Shown here: in pieces, positions 50,278-63,015 of the stretch
How the letters are laid out: each line of letters begins with the position of its first letter
Position numbering within the stretch: the stretch's first letter is position 1
Assembly: GCA_951406725.2 (NCBI GenBank)
Contig: OX597825.1
Location: 79,856,001 to 79,920,000 of the forward strand
Length of the DNA: 64,000 bases
Direction: 5' to 3'
From: Octopus vulgaris
Taxonomy: Eukaryota
Translations under genes and position numbers: made by a program
Notes under the pieces: model-generated
Told to the model about the DNA's origin: nothing
Database searches by the model: none
The model's input: the letters and a program-made list of their open reading frames with translations, nothing else

Positions 50278-52811
50278 CAAAGGTAATAAACACAACAAAC
50301 GGAAATCATCAAAGTTAAATTTGCAGGAAAAGGATGATAGTACAACAACAGCAAACAGTACAAAACAAGATACACAGATCATTCGCAGCCAATTGCTTCT
50401 TCAATTGGAGTCTAGAATGTCCATATAGTTTGGTCTGATTCTCTTTAATACTACTTGAAACCTGTTGGGTCAAGGGCTTAAGCTGAAGTCATTAAGCCCC
50501 TGAGCAAGGCAAATGAATGTACATATACAAACACAAGGAAATGACAAACAGACAGGGTCTTTCAACTATCAAACGAATGTAACAAGAAATAGAATTATAC
50601 ATATACAATGGACCAAAGGAAAATAATTATTCAATTACAACAAAAATAAAACAAAGCAGAGTCTTTCTCCTATTAGACAGTGTAAGTAAGCTAGCTCAAG
50701 GGAAAAGGAAAGGGAAAATCTTAACCAGCCAGGTGGTGAGACAGAACAGATGTGACTGACCTCAAAGGCAGTCAACAGAAAAAGGATGACAATGCATAAA
50801 CCAGACAGCAATATATGAATATATATTATATTATATTATATTATATTACATTATTATTATATTATATTATATTATATTATATTATATTATATTATATCAT
50901 ATTATATCATGTTATATTATATATATAGATATAGATATTGGATTGGCCAAAAAACTTGTGCCTAGTTTTAATCAAAAATTAGGCACAAGTTTTAAACAAA
51001 ATGATTTATTCAATCAATGATATAATCATATTTTTGTTCCAGTATCTTCCAATATCCATTATACCTTGTTCGATGAATTTCTTGACTTTACTAGCATAAA
51101 AACTTTTCATGATGAATTTTTACATTCTCCTCAGAGTTGAAGGTCTGTTCATTTAATGAATTTTGAAGAAACTTAAACAGGTGGAAATCTGAAGGCACCA
51201 GTTCAATATTTGAATATTGAGGGTGTGGCAAACTAACCCAGCCAATCCCTAGTAAATTCTGTCATGTCTACAAAGAAGTGTGCAGTCTGGCATTGTCCTA
51301 ATGAAAGACATTACCCTAATGATTAGCAAGTGCTGGATGCTTCTGGTGGATCACTGCATTTAATTTGTCCAGCTGGTTATGGTACACATCAGAATTGATA
51401 GCCCTATCTGTCCAAAGTAACGTATAAAAGATGACATCTTTCCAGTTCCACCTAACTGAAAACATAATCTTCTTTAGGCAAAGTCCTGCTTTGGAGGTTG
51501 TTTGTGGTGGTTTGCAGCACTTCCCTCGTGATATTTTGTGCTTTACATCATTATAGATTATCTAACTTCAGTCTGTGAACTTGTGAGAAAACAGGATGTA
51601 TTTTGCATGCTCAGGACTACTCTGAAAATGGAAACTGAAAACAAAAATTATTAACACCTCACGCTATTTTATTTTTAAAAATCAAGACAAGAAAAGTAGC
51701 AGAAACCTGCAGGAAGATATGCACCGTGTACAGAAAGGATGCTGTTGCAGAGCATGTCTCAGAAATAGTTTTCAAGATTTCAATCAGGCATGGCCTAGTG
51801 GTTGGTGTGTTGCACTCATGATTGTCAGATCATGGGTTCAATTCCCAGATTGGGTGGTGTGTGGTGTTTTTGAGCAAAGCACTTCACTTCACATTACTCT
51901 AGTGCTGAGTAGGAACCAGATAATCAAAAAATAGGATCTAACGTTTCCTTTGTGCATCATAAAATGTATGTTGTTTTGCCTTGCTATAAAGGATGGACTA
52001 CAGCAAATATTCTGCTCAATACCACAGATTTGCTCGTCAGTTGCTTGATCTTAACTAGTTGAGCATTATTTGCCTTTGTGGCTGACAATATGTGCATCTC
52101 TAATCACGAGCAGAAGTAATGGGGGAGCATCATAGCCATGTGTTGAGGGGAATTCTTTGGTGCTTGAATAATTCACGTCAGAACTATGGGTGTTTTGTTC
52201 ATCCTTAAACAAACCTTATTTGGGGATCTTTTGAGCAGGATAGGCTACTCAACCTGAAGAAAATTCTAACTGGACCTTACCTGCAAGGTCATGTATTGTT
52301 TATGTTGATATGAGATCAACATGCTGTACACATATGGTTGTGATGCATAGACCTAGTGTACCCTTATCAGATGGGTATTCATGATGGGCATATTGGGCTT
52401 CGTATATTTGTACCCCAGGGTCACTTTGATGACATGCATTGCTCTCTCACTCAATGATAATGATAATAATAATTAAAGTGACGTACAAAGGATATATTTA
52501 TCATGAAAAGGTGGAAGAAGAGGTATGATAGGTTGCAATGATTGTGTAGAAAGTGAAACAAAAAGTTTTGGTTGGTATATTCAGAACAGTACAGAACTAT
52601 TATTTCATGGGAGTTAAATTGGCTGTAAGATTTTTAAAGAGATGATTAAAGATTCTGGGACAGTTGAATAATTTGGGTCAAATCTAATTGGTTATTCGAC
52701 GTACACATTTCTGATATATGTCAGTAATGACTTTCTCACTGGTACACTTGTCTGTATATTGCATAAATGTAATTCTTTTTCCCTATATAAATTGAACTTC
52801 ATACTCAAGTC

Positions 52812-52886
52812 CTGATGAAGCAATAAGATATTATTCAAGCACTCAACTATGAGTCCACTGCATCTTATAGCAGAAAAAGCTGTAAG
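52812..52886 (+). ncRNA. Decayed hammerhead ribozyme motif with long stem II
   Basis: CTGATGA-a-gcaataagat..atcttatagc-a-GAAAaagctGTA. Confidence 0.45.
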
Positions 52887-53284
52887 CTAATGAAGTTCAT
52901 AACATAACCATTGTTTTTCTTGTGTCATCTCTTTTTCTTATATATATATTGAATATAGAGTCTGGTAAGTTACAATTTTATTTATCTTATAATAAAGTTA
53001 AGTTTATATATTTTGTTATATTTCTGTTATAATTTCGTTAAATTATAATTTTGTTATATTAATCTATTTGTATGTAATCTCTTTATATTTGAAATAGATT
53101 TATTTAGTTGTTTATTTAATCTATTTTATTTATGTGTGTGTGTATATAGGTGTATATGTATATATTGAGTATTGTATGTATGTACATGTATGTATGTGTG
53201 TGCATATGTGTATGTGTGTGTATATATGTATGTATATATGTATATGTATGTATGTGTGTATGTATGTGTATATGTATATATATG

Positions 53285-53317
<33 letters not shown>

Positions 53318-55132
53318 GTATATATATATATGTATATGTATGCATATTTTTATATATTTATGTATACGTATGTATAGTTATACTGCAAACTTTTGATAAG
53401 TATTTTATAGATTTGGTTATGATCACTAATTTTAGCTTATAACTATAAGAGTATGGGGAAAGACTTTATAGTATGATGAGGGGTTACTATATAAAAAATT
53501 TTTTTTATATATTTATTAATCATATAAGATTTTTAGGATATATTTAATAATTAGTGGTTTTTAATCATTTAAATTATTTAATTTATTTTGTATTAAGTAT
53601 TATTTATCATAGTTATTTTATTAATAAATATTATAGTATAGAGAGATTTTATTCTTTATTTGTGACTTCATTCTATTTACACTGATAAACCATTAATGTT
53701 CACATCCACAATCTCATTGATAAAGCATATGTTCCTCATGCTTAATGAATTCTTCAACAATTTATTCTTTTTTTGCTAATAACGTAATTCCACGAGTATT
53801 CTTATAAACGCTGTAAAGACGTTTTCCAATTCAAAATTTTAGTTCATTACTAAACCTCGCTAAGATAGGTATTTATTTATATTTAAGATCTTCAAATTGT
53901 AAATTTTAATATTTTATAAGTCTTTGGTGTAATAATATTTTCCTTATGTAAATATCGTTGTTTATGTAATGATCTAATTATCGTAATTTTCTATATTATT
54001 AGATATTAAATTTAAGTTTATTCGTAAGATACTACTTAGCGATAGATTTGTTGTTTGATAGCAAGTATACGAGGTGTATAAAGTTAGGCTTTTGTATATA
54101 CATGTTTTAATAGTATTAATTGTAGTTTTAAATTTCTTATAATTAAATTAGTTAAACTTTGATAAACTTAGATATGTTTCGACTAAAGATTGGTCCAGGC
54201 CATGTTTAATTTAATAGCATAACTTAGTTATTATCTTTTTAAATTGATATTCGCTAGTTATTCCCATTGATAATTATATTTATAGTATTTATAGTATTTA
54301 TTCGATACTATATTACTACGAATTGATTATTTCTATAAGTATTTTACATAAGATTTCCGAAAGTTTGTTTAAGTTTGTTTATTTGTATTTTTGAAATTAG
54401 CTATTTCATCTTTAAATATGAAAAATTAATTTATTAGGTTTTTATATATGTGCATATATATTTATTTATAGAGATTATTTTAGATTTTAATTATAATATT
54501 TATTTATATACATTTATATATTTTCATTGATAATTTATATATAATAGTCATTTTTAAATATTTATGTAATTAGATATAGATTTTTACCGATATTAGATTA
54601 TTGGTGGGTTTCCTACCTTATAAATTAAAATTAATATTTAACATTATAGTCGATTTTGATATAATCATAATTGTTAAGTTTTATGTTTCTAGTTTGATAA
54701 TAGAGTTTATTATAAGTAAAATTATTATATTATTTATATCTTAAAAATATTGTTTAAATATTTCTGATTATTTTTAAATATTTCAATTAACCTGAATATT
54801 GACTGTAACTATAACTCGAATTATTAATTGAATTTAAATTATTGTTATTCGAATTGGTACAGCCATGAAACGATCGTAGTGTTTTACTCTTTATCTTTTA
54901 TTAAACTTTTAATATTTTTGATATATTTAAAATAATATAAATTAAATTAATTTTATGTATTGGCTTATGTTTTTCACTGTTTGATTTGCCTAATAGTGGT
55001 TTTATCTCTAATTTAATATAATATAATATAATATATTTATACTATAAAATTGGATTTGATCCTAAATCTGATTTTTCCCTGTAAGTTTGGATTTATTCCC
55101 TAATATTTTATTATTAATATATATATAGACAA

Positions 55133-55134
55133 AC

Positions 55135-55202
<68 letters not shown>
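55133..55202. repeat. (GATA)n microsatellite
   Basis: Direct reading. Confidence 0.95.
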
Positions 55203-55249
55203 TGGAGGAGATAGAGATAAAGGAAAGGAAAAAAATGTTTTAGTAGGTT

Positions 55250-55897
55250 TAGTAGACCTTTGGAAATATGCTGTGCGTGAAAAGACCAGGCAGGACAAGT
55301 GAGTCCAGCCCACTTATGCATGCCTTTCCTCCCTTGGACACACAAAGACCTGTTGAGGCAAGCGAAGTCGATATCGAACCTCATCCGACGACAGGCACCT
55401 ATGCCAACCCCTTTGCTTGCGAAGACCTGTTGGGGCAAGTGAAATCGGAATCGAAATTGAACCAATCCTATGACTGGCACCCGGCAGATGCTAGGACCCC
55501 TGGACTGGAGATACGTAAAAAGCACTATCCGAATCGTGGCCGATGCCAGCGCCGCCTCGACTGGCTTCCGTGTCGGTGGCACATAAAAAGCACCATCCGA
55601 ATCGTGGCCGAAGCCAGTGCCGCCTTGACTGGCTTCCGTGCAGGTGACACGTAAAATGCACCAATCCGACCGTGGCCGATGCCAGCCTCGCCTGGCACCA
55701 GTGCAGGTGGCACATAAAAGGCACCCACTACACTCACGGAGTGGTTGGCGTTAGGAAGGGCATCCAGCTGTAGAAACATTGCCAGATAAGACCGGAGCGT
55801 GGTGCAGCTTTCTGGCTTCCCAGATCCCCGATCGAACCGTCCAACCCATACTAGCATGGAGAACGGACGTTAAACGATGATGATGATGATGATGATG
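55250..55897 (+). mobile_element. CpG-rich RTE LINE 3' end, sense orientation
   Basis: Ends ctagcatggagaacggacgttaaac(gat)n; internal ~62-bp 3' UTR repeats. Confidence 0.88.
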
Positions 55898-55934
55898 TAT
55901 ATATATAAATATGTGTATATATATGTATATATAT

Positions 55935-56002
<68 letters not shown>

Positions 56003-56560
56003 GTATGCATAATTGGATGAAAACAGCTTTCTCTCTCTTTCTCTCTCTCCCTTTCTCCCTGCTTTTTTTTTTGACGATGCACACAAACACCAAATTGAGT
56101 CGCCATGATTGTTCACAAACTCCATATTTTTTTTTGTTCTCTATTTCCTCATGTTCATTTCTGTTGAAGAGTGTAGACTCGAAATATAAAAAACTTTCTC
56201 ACCTTCCCAAGCATCAAACTAATACACCGGCTTGTTGTTTATACACGGGTCTTCGTCTTTTGTTTTTCTGTAAATTTCAACTATATAAATATATATATAC
56301 TCACAAACAAGCGTGCATTCCCATACACAAGCACACTTACACAAATATGCATGCATACATATAAGTGGGTGTTTGTATGCACAGGGCAAAAAAATCAGTG
56401 AGAAATGGGGCGAGAGAAAGAGAGAGATGTTTCCATCAAGTTGTACATACATACATACATACAGACAGACAGACAGACAAACAGACATATACACACACAG
56501 GTGTGCATGTGCACACACCCACACACATACCTATCACCACACATATATTGTCTATTGCAG

Positions 56561-56867
56561 ATATAATATACTCAAAAACAAAAGAAGCAAAGATTACATG
56601 CCAACTCATCAAGTCTGTCAAGTCAACCAAGTCAATCAAGCTGTTCAAGTTGATGAAATCGACCAAGCTGATCAAGTTGATGAAATTGGCCAAGATAATG
56701 TAGTCTATGAAACCTTGCCTGAAGAGAATATCCGGTGTGCCGTGCAAAATTCAGAATCAGTTTATGACCAAGAAATTGGATTACAATTATCCTCTCCACA
56801 GCAAAACCCTGGGGGTCCATATGAAAACCAAGATCCAGGATCAGCGTATTACATCATGGTAAATTGA
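56561..56867 (+). CDS. Gene B exon 12 (cytoplasmic tail with ITIM-like VVYETL, SVYDQE, PYENQ, AYYIMV)
   Basis: tctattgcag acceptor, phase 2 matches exon 11 (ag+a = Arg), open to TGA 56865-56867. Confidence 0.9.
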
Positions 56868-57016
56868 TGACATTGATGAAAAAGTAGTGCTATAGGTAGA
56901 AACCCCTCCTCACCTCGTTGATAATCCTGATATTGAACAATTCTACACACAACTAATCACACACACACACAGAGTCATAAATGACAGAGAAACAATTTGA
57001 TGAAATTTTACTTAGC

Positions 57017-57179
57017 AATAAAAAAATTTCTAAGATCTTGCATGCCTTCATTAATGCAAAATGTAAAAAATCCTACAAAATAGTGCTTTTTTATGAGTAC
57101 TACAAGATTACTAGAATCCATGTATTGTGACTTAAATATACATATATATATATATATGTATAAATGTAAATTTAATAAA
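57017..57179 (+). promoter_or_regulatory. Candidate polyadenylation signals of gene B (AATAAA at 57017 and 57174)
   Basis: Hexamers 150 and 307 nt after the stop; weak evidence in AT-rich DNA; the first reads AATAAG in copy A. Confidence 0.3.
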
Positions 57180-59069
57180 AGAAAATGGGGAAAAAAAATA
57201 TTGTGGATACTTGGTTAAATTTATTTGAAATCACATTGAGAAAGTATTACATATAAGATTCAGGATATGAAGGGATCGGATCAATGAAAGAAATAAGCAA
57301 AGAATTAACTTTACATATGTTTCAGTCTGGTTTTAAGTTTGAATTATCAGCATTCAAACTATTTTAGATGTAAAAAAAAGCCCATATTTAGTCAGATATC
57401 TTCAAAAGTAGATGTGTACTTTCAGGTGTTGAACAATGAAATAAATCAAGGTGACGACTGTGTTTTCAAATATTCAAACATAAACAATAATTTATAAGGA
57501 TGTCAAGTTCATGTGAGGAGATATTATACATTCCTTTCTACTCTAGGCACAAGGCCTGACATTTTGGGGGAGGAGGCCAGTCAATTAGATCGACCCTGGT
57601 ATGCAACTGGTACTAAATTTATCAACCCCGAAAGGATGAAAGGTAAAGCCGACCTCAGAGATATTATACATTGAAATTTTGCTAAAATACTATAACGTAT
57701 TTGAAAAATATACATATAAGGGATTAAGGGACATAAATAAGTCATTTAATTATAATAATGAGAGATAAAATAGACTTTTGAGGGGAAAAAACAGAAATGA
57801 TTTTGGGAAATAAAAGAGGAAAATAACTCTATATGTACTATCAGTATTATCTATAATTTCTATGTACTAACATATTATTTTTAATACTACCTCACCAAAT
57901 ATGTTACATGCAGTCTAGATAACACACATATTAAAATAAATTAAACAAATTGTCAAGATTATAGCAAAAAAGATAATTCTTCTTTAGCAAAAGGTATCTA
58001 TCCCTTGTGTTATGACTGAGTCAGTTAAACTGAAAATCTTAAACTTTCCTTTGCTGATGTAGAAGTGTGACTGTGATCTGGCCGATTCTTTATAATCAAC
58101 CTCTGAACATTCTGTTTAGATACTGCTTGATCTATTCTGCCAATGATTATTTTTTGATTTGTCTGTTGATCATATAGAAAATCGTGTTCTCTCTGTGGTA
58201 CTTTTTTGCCTCTGCAGGGACTGTCAAATAAAATTTTTAAACACATTACATTCTGTTTGAAACAATGGTACATTTTTTTCTACTTTTCACAGATTTTAGT
58301 AATGCTTGGTACTTTAGATAAAAGTTTAAGATTTTTGGTTTAACTGACTCAATCATAGCTCAAGGGATTGATGTCTTTTGCCAAAGAAGAATTATCTTTT
58401 CTGCAACAATCTTGACAATTTGTTTAATTGAAGGATCTCTCTCAACTACATTCTTTTCTTTTTCTCATTCAAATCAAAAATACATTAGTATGTACTTGTA
58501 AGTTGACAAAACTTGCTCGCTAAGATCACATGGAGTACCAAATATTGGGCATTCAATACCAAGATGTATTATTGGCTTATGAGGTCATCACTACATGTAA
58601 ACAACACTAAATTTAACACGATCATTAATTTTAATGCAATGGCCTAAAGTCAAAGTACAAAGCAGAAAACTTCACACACGTACGACATACATCTACACAC
58701 AATGACTGTTGCAGTGACACTGGAGAGAAGCTCACACTCCCATTCTCTTTTAGTCAATGTGGAACCTCAAGATATTAGCCAGTTGTATTGAAATTTGGCA
58801 TGCAACCTCTTAAGGATACTATACTTACTGTTTTGCATTCTGCTATGTAGAAATATGTATTTGTTACAACTTATAATCCATGAAATTTAAAATTCAACCA
58901 AAAATAGTGATTTTAAAAATTTTCAATTGCTTTGCGGAGCCTGAAAAAATATTTAACTGCAAAGTTTCTTTAAACCCTAATTTGCAACAAAATATTGATT
59001 TTTGGTTTCAATAATTGTTGCATTGGGTGTGGCAGCACACCCAATACGACAACTACTATATGCCACTGA

Positions 59070-59103
<34 letters not shown>

Positions 59104-60959
59104 TAAAACAAATATGAAAATGGAAAAAAAGAAATAGACTAAAAACATTCGGACAGATAGACAATACAAAGGCAGACAAGAGAAACAACAGTTAGAAAGA
59201 CAGGCAAAAAAAGACAGGTCATTCATGGCCTTCTTTCTTCAGTCAAGTACCAGGCATCATGACCATTTCAGGCAGTTACACTTGAGGTGGTTCGATCTGG
59301 TTGCCTCCAAAAAGTCTAAGCTAAGAGCATTAGACCCCGTTGTAAGAAAGCTAGCGAATGTGTACGACAACAAAGACAAAAAACGGAGAACATGGTACAC
59401 AATTACGAATACAAACAAAAGAAATAACAACAGGTGTCTTTCGACTGAGAACGAATCAAACTGAGCTGGTGTGTATGGAGAGCCTAAAGGCAGGAACATA
59501 GAAGATGGACATAAGAGGTGTTGGCAGTTGATGGTCAGGCCAAGAAAGAAAGATCATGGCTGGCCAGGACACTGGTCTTATGGAAGGAGGAGAGATGGGT
59601 AGGGGGCAGCAGGATTGAAGGATTAGAAAAATAATCAGACAAAGAAAAAGGTACAGGGGAAATAAACAAGTGGGAAATAGTGGTCGTTAAAGAAAGAGAG
59701 GGCCAAGAAATGTGAGAGAGGAGAGAGAAAAAAGGAAGACAGAGAGAAGGGACTACAAGATAGAGTAAGAGTCATACAAAATTTAGATACACACCTACTA
59801 TAAGGTGAGCACAAGTGTGTATGTACGCTGCTATATGTATATATAAATATAAAAATTGAACAAAAATGCAATAGAGGACACTAAAAACATTCAGACAGAT
59901 CGACGATACAAAAGTGGACAAGAGAAACAACAATTACAAGGACAGGCAAAAAAGCAGGTTATTCGTAGCCTTCTTTCTTCATGACAATAAAATGTCCATG
60001 TTTAACAATTTGGCTGTTTAAAGAAGTTTTGGAAATTATGTTTTTACTCTTTCAATCAATGATGCTTTCACCAATAAAATTTGAATAATATATTATGTCA
60101 TGAATAATTTTACAACTAATACATTGAACAATTTCTCATTATTCTTAAATTAAGAATTAAAAAAAAAATTAAATTATTTCTCCTGTTTAAATTTATTATT
60201 TATTTATTTATGCATTTATATATTTATTAGTATTGTTGTAAATACACTCCTTAGAGCTTCTGATTTCACTTGCTCTGGCTGATTCTGTAAGAGTGGGAAA
60301 CGACCTATGATCAAGGGTCAAACAGTATCTTCTTACATGAGACCTAACATTAAACTGTCTCAAAATCCTTGCTGTCCCCAATAAAGTAGTTTTCTGAGCA
60401 TATTCTGTCCTCATATTAATCCAAGATTTTTCATCTTGTACTGGGGACCAGCACGAGCTCTGCGGAGCATGTTGAACATGTGGCTGATGCTGTTCTTTTC
60501 TGTCCAGAATGTCTCCCACTTATCTGTGATGGCCTTGTTGCATATCCATTTGAGGTGGTGGTACTTATTCATTTTACTGTGCTGGTGAGCCTTGTAGTGG
60601 CAGTTGATTCTCTCCTGCACCTGCTATGAAATTCAGGGTCACTTAGAAAGAGGTCTTGAGTTTACCAAGACATCAAGTGCTGACTAGTTGATACTTGATT
60701 TAAAGAGATCCCAGTTATTGGTCTCATCCTTGGCCAGGGTGTTGAAGTGATTGGCAATATAATGTGTAAGAGTAGAAGTGATGTTGGGATCACAAAAACA
60801 GGATGAGTTAAGGCGGACCTGGTACTTTGTGGTGGGGCCCACTTCAACTTGAGTGTCACAGTCGGCAGTTAATGGTTGGTATTGCTGAGTTGATCTCTGT
60901 AGACCTGGCAGTTAGTGAGAAATTACCTCCAGCAGTGGGAGATGATGATGTAGTCAATT

Positions 60960-61023
60960 TCCTTACACAAATATGCATGCATACATATAAGTGGGTGTTT
61001 GTATGCACAGGGAAAAAAAATCA
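60960..61023 (+). repeat. Templated insertion copied from 56336-56400 at a ~544-bp deletion junction
   Basis: cttacacaaatatgcatgc...aaaatcagtg replaces copy-A 9593-10136. Confidence 0.92.
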
Positions 61024-62970
61024 GTGGGAGGTGGTGGTCAGCTTTATGCTAGATGAGGGGTTAAAGCATGAGAGAGTGAGAGGGAGAGTAGAGTAGGGTT
61101 CTTGTGGGGGATCTGTATGGTTTCTCACATTTAGCAGGAGACAGGGAAAAAGAGAAAATGAATTGAACAGTTGGACCTTCAAAGAGATAATGGTGAATAG
61201 AGGCCCAGGTGTTCCCCACAAGGCAGGTGAACAGAAGTTGGTGGGTGGGTGGGTGATTTACGAGATTGCATATGGGAGCAGGAAATGAGAGTATGAGAGT
61301 ATGGAGAGGCAGATTGAAACTGTAAAAATTGGGTCAGTTTGAAGAATGGATGATTGATGAGCCATGAATTGGGGAAGAAAAAGACAGCAGGGTAATAATG
61401 ATGATACATTTGGCCAAAGATGGAAAGAGAGAGAGAGAGAGAGAGACATTGTTTCAAAGGTGGGGGTGAATCACTGTAACTTATGGGTGGAGAGCATATT
61501 AAACATAGCACTTTCTAGATTTAGTTTCGCTGAGGAGGGTGTGTCTTTTTGAGAACCTCATATTGCCAGAGATTCCAGCCTTTTGTCAGCTTCTCTGTGA
61601 GACTTAGGGTCCTGAGGACAGCCTTCACTACTTTATCCCATGTCTTTCTGTATCTCCCTCTTCTGTAAGTTCCACCCATATTTAGCAATCTGCACTTCTT
61701 TGTATAGCTCTCCTTGTCCAGGCGCATCACATATCCATACTAGCACAATCATCTTTCTTGCACACACCATCTGATACGTCTAATGCCCAATTTTCTCTCA
61801 GCACTTTTTTCCTGTGTCTTTCATGCACACTCACATTGAATATCTAGCAGAGCATGCTCACCTCATCTTTTCTAATCCTCTGAATTCAAAGCCCATGTCT
61901 CAATATCATGCAGTATTGCACTTCTAATACAAGCATCATACAATCTACCCTTCACTCTTAGGAAAAAGACCTTTGTTGTCAGCAATGGTGGTAACTCCCT
62001 GAACTTTCTCCGACCTGTTCTTATTTTTGCTACTATACTTTCAAAGCAGCTGCCTTCTTTGCTAATAACATCCTCAAAGGAATAAAAGCTATCACCTACA
62101 TGTCCTAAGCCATCTGGACACTTAAGAGAAACGATTTCCTGTAAACTCCTACATATTGCTTCAGTGTATCTATTATGTATGAAGCTTATGTTTATTCTAT
62201 TTCTGTATATTGAGCAAGGCCATTTCCCAGATGGTACCAGGGTCATGCCTTCTTTCCTACTTACTAAAATTTTCGACTTTGTTAGGTTTACCATTAAGCC
62301 CTCTTAATGTTAGGTTAAGCATCCTGAAAGAAACAAATAAAGAGGAAAATGTTAATTTTCAACAATGAAACAATAAGAGATTGTCTTGTGGTGTGTCAAG
62401 GTGAAGTGGGTTAATACAAGTATAATGCATTATGATGTCAATGAAATGAAGCATAAGCCATACAGGATCTTTGATGTCAGTTAATTTCCTAATTTAGCAT
62501 AATTGAAAGCGAGGTAATTTCAATACATAAGTCAAGTAGAAACAAATGAAATGAGAACAAATAAAAGCGAGGGAAGGAAAGAGAAACAAGGATAATGAAG
62601 TGTTTTGTTTAAGGATATTCATGCTATAAGATACAAATCACAAATCTTGTGGACTATATCTCTGGGAGTCAAATATCAAATATTCCATTGTGTATACAAT
62701 TTTTCTATTTAGCAGATTGAAGATGATGCAATACCACACAAATTTACAGGAATATTTTCATAATTTTTCCTATTTTATCTAAAATTTAGCAAATTAATTG
62801 AACACAATTTTATCTTTTCTATATCTGATAAATATCTAGGAAAATAATATTTGATACTGCTTTTATTCTGCTTAGAATAACAAGAAAAAAAAGAGTCACG
62901 AGAAATCAGCAGAATCAAATAATATAAGCAGTAGGGAAAAGCAACTAACATCGGTAGACAGGTTAACTCA

Positions 62971-63015
62971 TCTCTGATGATGGGATATCATTATTTTCCT
63001 GAAACAGCTGTAAGA
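62971..63015 (+). ncRNA. Minimal hammerhead ribozyme motif (duplicate of 12079-12123)
   Basis: Identical sequence. Confidence 0.65.

Larger units (their letters stand above)
52403..56283. other. ~3.9-kb intron-11 segment present only in copy B (probably deleted from copy A at ~4343)
   Basis: Copy A joins tattgggctttgtata directly to tatatactcacaaac; copy B continues the interrupted repeat to its (aat)n tail. Confidence 0.85.

Noticed and set aside
53130-53442. ORFs rich in YI/CV/HT dipeptides here and at 2033, 2764, 4242, 25217, 26753, 55751 etc.
   Set aside because: Translations of (TA)n, (TG)n, (CA)n and (CAT)n microsatellites; no coding signal
52930-55020. Mitochondrial insertion (NUMT)
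   Set aside because: No recognisable mitochondrial protein, rRNA or tRNA motif by eye; contains nuclear LINE and microsatellite pieces
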